A stretch of 10,209 bases of DNA from a bacterium (lineage in GTDB: Bacteria; Oederibacteriota; PGYV01; Palsa-1178): positions 1 through 10,209 of the forward strand of contig JBAXIL010000047.1 in the NCBI GenBank assembly GCA_037138355.1, written 5' to 3'. The position numbers and the translations under genes were made by a program. Positions 7,553-10,209 of this stretch are shown here, in pieces (positions within the stretch are counted from its first letter, which is position 1; every line of letters starts with the position of its first letter). The notes under the pieces are model-generated. The model saw only the letters and a list, made by a program, of their open reading frames with translations. It was not told the origin of the DNA and ran no database searches.

Positions 7553-8245
7553 ATTAAACAATACCTGGATTTTATTAGCAATGATGATTTGCGTCAAATT
7601 GTAAAACAAAACTTTTTTCCTGAAGAAAAAATAGAAAAAGATATTAATAAAAATATGTTAGACCCATTTTCTGCTATTATTGAAGCATCGAAAGAAAAGA
7701 TTACTTTAGACCAATGGCTAGTTCAAGAAAAAATAAGACAAGATAATAAGTCATTTCAGAATGCAATAGGTTTGTTTCATCAACAAGTTCTTGGGAAAAT
7801 TGGAGGATGGACAAATTTAGGTACGGGTCATGTTGTTGATATAATTTGTGAGAAAAGAAAAATTATTGCGGAAATAAAGAATAAATTTAATACTACAAAA
7901 GGAAATCACAAAATTGCAATTTATGATGATCTTGATACTCTTCTTAAAACTAAATACATCAAATATACAGGTTATTATGTGGCGATAATAACCAAGAAGA
8001 GAATAAACAGCCCATTTCAGCCTCCTGATAATAAAACCAAATTAAAACGACCAAAAAATGAGAGCATTCGGGAAATTGATGGAAAGTCATTTTATGAGCT
8101 GGTTACAGACGATAAATTGGCTATTAATAAATTGTATAATGCGATTCCACTTGTAATTTCAGAAATAACAAAATTCGATGGTACTTTGGAAATATTAAAA
8201 AATCCACTTTTTAATGAGCTTTTTAATAAAGCATTTAATAAATAA
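7553..8245 (+). CDS. Eco47II-family type II restriction endonuclease (probable GGNCC specificity); start proposed at ATT 7553, whereas the ORF track starts at TTG 7589
   Basis: NMLDPF, QEKIRQDNKSFQNAIGLFHQ and the PD-(D/E)xK-like VDII...AEIKNKFNT, plus IDGKSFYELVT, match my recollection of the Eco47II family. It is adjacent to a C5 methyltransferase. The frame extends upstream to an in-frame TGA at 7547-7549, and SD AGGAGG lies at 7541-7546. Confidence 0.85.
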   Translation: MKQYLDFISNDDLRQIVKQNFFPEEKIEKDINKNMLDPFSAIIEASKEKITLDQWLVQEKIRQDNKSFQNAIGLFHQQVLGKIGGWTNLGTGHVVDIICEKRKIIAEIKNKFNTTKGNHKIAIYDDLDTLLKTKYIKYTGYYVAIITKKRINSPFQPPDNKTKLKRPKNESIREIDGKSFYELVTDDKLAINKLYNAIPLVISEITKFDGTLEILKNPLFNELFNKAFNK

Positions 8246-8277
8246 CCTTTGCATTATGCAAAGGTTATTGGTATAAT
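8241..8277 (+). promoter_or_regulatory. Methyltransferase promoter overlapped by a perfect 29-bp palindrome (putative operator)
   Basis: AATAACCTTTGCAT-T-ATGCAAAGGTTATT (8241-8269). -35 TTGCAT at 8249-8254, a 17-bp spacer, and extended -10 TGgTATAAT at 8269-8277. SD AAGGAG precedes ATG 8305. Confidence 0.8.
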
Positions 8278-8304
8278 TTCTTAATAATAAAAAGGAGTTA
8301 TACT

Positions 8305-9561
8305 ATGCAATTTACAGTTCACGAAGTTAGTAAGCGATTGAATGTCTCAGTTGATACCATACGGAGATGGGACAAAAAAGGATTAATTAAGTCAAAACGA
8401 TCAATTCACAACTATCGCGTATTTGATATTGATGAGATTGCGCGACTACACAATAAACTTAATAATGGTAATTCTATAAATAACTATAAAATACTAAAAA
8501 CAAACAAACGAACTGGGTACAACATAATTGAACTGTTTGCTGGAGCAGGGGGCACTGCACTTGGTTTTGAAAATGCAGGTTTAAATCATATTCTTCTAAA
8601 TGAAATTGATAAACATAGTTGTGCCACATTAAAGAACAACTTTCCTAATTCGATAATAATAAATGAAGATATAAGAAAATTGAATTTTTCAAAATATAAA
8701 AATAAAGTAGATGTAGTACAGGCTGGATTTCCGTGTCAATCGTTTAGCTATGCTGGAAAAAGTCTTGGTTTTGAAGATACTAGAGGGACTCTGTTTTTTG
8801 AATTTGCCCGCTGTGTTAAAGAAACAAATCCAAAAATTGCTGTTGGGGAAAATGTAAAGGGTTTATTAAGACATGATAATGGTCGAACTTTTAGTACGAT
8901 GCTAAATGTTTTATCTGAACTCGGTTATAGAGTAAACTACAAGGTTTTAAGATCGCAATATTTAGATGTTCCACAGAAAAGAGAAAGGTTAATATTAATT
9001 GCGATTAGGAAAGATTTGAATATACCTTTTGTATTTCCAAAAGAAAAAGATTATACGATTTCAATTAAAGAAGCTCTCAATAATTGTCCAATTTCAGAAG
9101 GTCAAAAATATCCACAATCAAAAAAGATAATAATGGATCAAATTCCACCTGGCGGTTATTGGAAAGATCTGCCTATTAAATTACAAAAGGAATACATGAA
9201 AGCAAGTTTTTTTCATACTGGTGGTAGAACCGGAATGGCAAGAAGGTTATCTTGGTATGAACCAAGTTTAACGTTAACATGTGCGCCTGCACAAAAACAA
9301 ACGGAAAGATGCCATCCTTCTGAAACGAGACCGCTGACAGTGAGAGAATACGCAAGAATACAGACATTTCCAGATAAGTGGATTTTTTCAGGACCTATGA
9401 CTGCTCAATATAAACAAATAGGCAATGCTGTGCCGCCAAATTTAGGATATCACATAGGTAAATCAATAATATCCATGCTGGATAATGATCTTGATCCTAA
9501 ATTATTTGATATTGAAAAGGAAGAAAAAAGAAAAGTTGAGCAGACTCTGCTTTTTGTGTAG
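8305..9561 (+). CDS. dcm: DNA (cytosine-5)-methyltransferase with N-terminal MerR-type HTH (cognate of the Eco47II-family endonuclease)
   Basis: Motif I ELFAGAGG, IV GFPCQSFS, VI ENVKGL, VIII PQKRERL, IX RPLTVREYARIQTFP and X YKQIGNAVPP. The N-terminus TVHEVSKRLNVSVDTIRRWDKKGLI...NYRVF is a MerR/excisionase-like HTH. Confidence 0.96.
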   Translation: MQFTVHEVSKRLNVSVDTIRRWDKKGLIKSKRSIHNYRVFDIDEIARLHNKLNNGNSINNYKILKTNKRTGYNIIELFAGAGGTALGFENAGLNHILLNEIDKHSCATLKNNFPNSIIINEDIRKLNFSKYKNKVDVVQAGFPCQSFSYAGKSLGFEDTRGTLFFEFARCVKETNPKIAVGENVKGLLRHDNGRTFSTMLNVLSELGYRVNYKVLRSQYLDVPQKRERLILIAIRKDLNIPFVFPKEKDYTISIKEALNNCPISEGQKYPQSKKIIMDQIPPGGYWKDLPIKLQKEYMKASFFHTGGRTGMARRLSWYEPSLTLTCAPAQKQTERCHPSETRPLTVREYARIQTFPDKWIFSGPMTAQYKQIGNAVPPNLGYHIGKSIISMLDNDLDPKLFDIEKEEKRKVEQTLLFV

Positions 9562-9811
9562 TTAGGAGTATTGATGAAAGAAGTGCTCGGGATTAAGCTG
9601 ACAACACAACCAATTAAAAAAACGTAACGAAAGTACTCGCAAGGGTAGGGGGCGGGCTTCGAGTTAATAGTAGAGAATATAATTGATACAAATTTTAGCC
9701 ATGTCATAATCTTATCGGAGATTGCAGTACAAACACCTTATGATACTTCGGAAGAATATTTAAACTCCTCTAAGAAACGGTACGATATAACACCCTGGTA
9801 TTATTTTATAC

Positions 9812-9860
9812 TTGACTTACCAAATCCTCTTCACTATAATAATAAAAAACAGTTGAGGTG
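9812..9860 (+). promoter_or_regulatory. Sigma70-type promoter and RBS of the antitoxin-toxin locus
   Basis: TTGACT at 9812-9817, a 17-bp spacer, TATAAT at 9835-9840, and SD GAGGTG at 9855-9860 before GTG 9866. Confidence 0.75.
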
Positions 9861-9865
9861 ATGAT

Positions 9866-10126
9866 GTGGAAAAAAGTGTCACATTTACTATGAAACTTGA
9901 TAAGAAAATAAGGGATGAAATGAAGGGCTTTTGTAAAGAAAAAGGGTTTGTCATGAAAACATTTGTAGAAAAGGCCATAATGGACAGGATAGAAAAAGAA
10001 GAGATGAAAGAGGACCTGGCGGCAATTAAACATTTTGAAAAATATGAGGAGGGTAAGACTGTTCCTTATGACAAAGTTGCTGAAGAATTGGGATTATACG
10101 GCAAGAAAAAGAAGAAGAATGTATAA
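9866..10126 (+). CDS. Ribbon-helix-helix antitoxin (RelB/DUF6290-like)
   Basis: 86 aa. N-terminal beta strand VTFTMKLD followed by two helices (RHH pattern), and a C-terminal EDLAAI...GKTVPYDKVAEELGL typical of type II antitoxins. It has its own promoter and overlaps a downstream RelE-like start by 8 nt. Confidence 0.72.
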   Translation: MEKSVTFTMKLDKKIRDEMKGFCKEKGFVMKTFVEKAIMDRIEKEEMKEDLAAIKHFEKYEEGKTVPYDKVAEELGLYGKKKKKNV

Positions 10127-10169
10127 TCTTGAAATATCCTCATCGGCAATCAGATACAGAAATTTATAA
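10119..10169 (+). pseudogene. Truncated RelE/ParE-like toxin remnant
   Basis: ATG 10119 overlaps the antitoxin stop (ATGTATAA). It encodes MYNLEISSSAIRYRNL* (16 aa), whose start resembles RelE N-termini (MY.I.I...A). Stop at 10167-10169. Confidence 0.55.
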
Positions 10170-10209
10170 AAAGCAGTGGCAGCAGAAGGCTAAAAGGCAT
10201 CAAAAAGAA

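Noticed and set aside
9570..9660. Hammerhead-like words (TGATGA ... CGAAA)
   Set aside because: The core lacks CTGANGA and I could not build the three required stems.
4508..10016. Possible avoidance of GGNCC sites as support for the R-M specificity
   Set aside because: Sites are present (e.g. 4508, 9391, 10012), and a 10-kb window read by eye is too small to test depletion. A genome-wide count or methylome is needed.
9176..10033. Antisense ORFs 9176-9367, 9450-9707 and 9806-10033
   Set aside because: They overlap the methylase or antitoxin and show no family resemblance or convincing RBS.

Overview
AT-rich bacterial chromosomal window with all protein genes on the + strand. In order: (1) the 3' part of a large secreted protein with DUF11-type repeats, a Thr-rich stalk and a FlgD-Ig/T9SS-like 'FPNPF' C-terminal domain; (2) a stand-alone sugar-type ABC substrate-binding protein with its own promoter and intrinsic terminator; (3) tRNA-Leu(CAG) on the minus strand; (4) a riboflavin cluster, ribD-ribE-[yaaR/DUF327]-ribBA, which appears leaderless, has no FMN riboswitch and lacks ribH; (5) a type II restriction-modification pair, made of an Eco47II-family endonuclease and a C5 cytosine methyltransferase fused to a MerR-type HTH; (6) an RHH antitoxin followed by a truncated RelE/ParE-like toxin remnant. 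The most interesting signals are in the R-M cassette. The endonuclease appears to start at a non-canonical ATT codon behind a perfect Shine-Dalgarno, and a perfect 14+1+14 bp palindrome covers the methyltransferase promoter, suggesting an autoregulatory operator. All family assignments come from motif recognition by eye, not from database searches.
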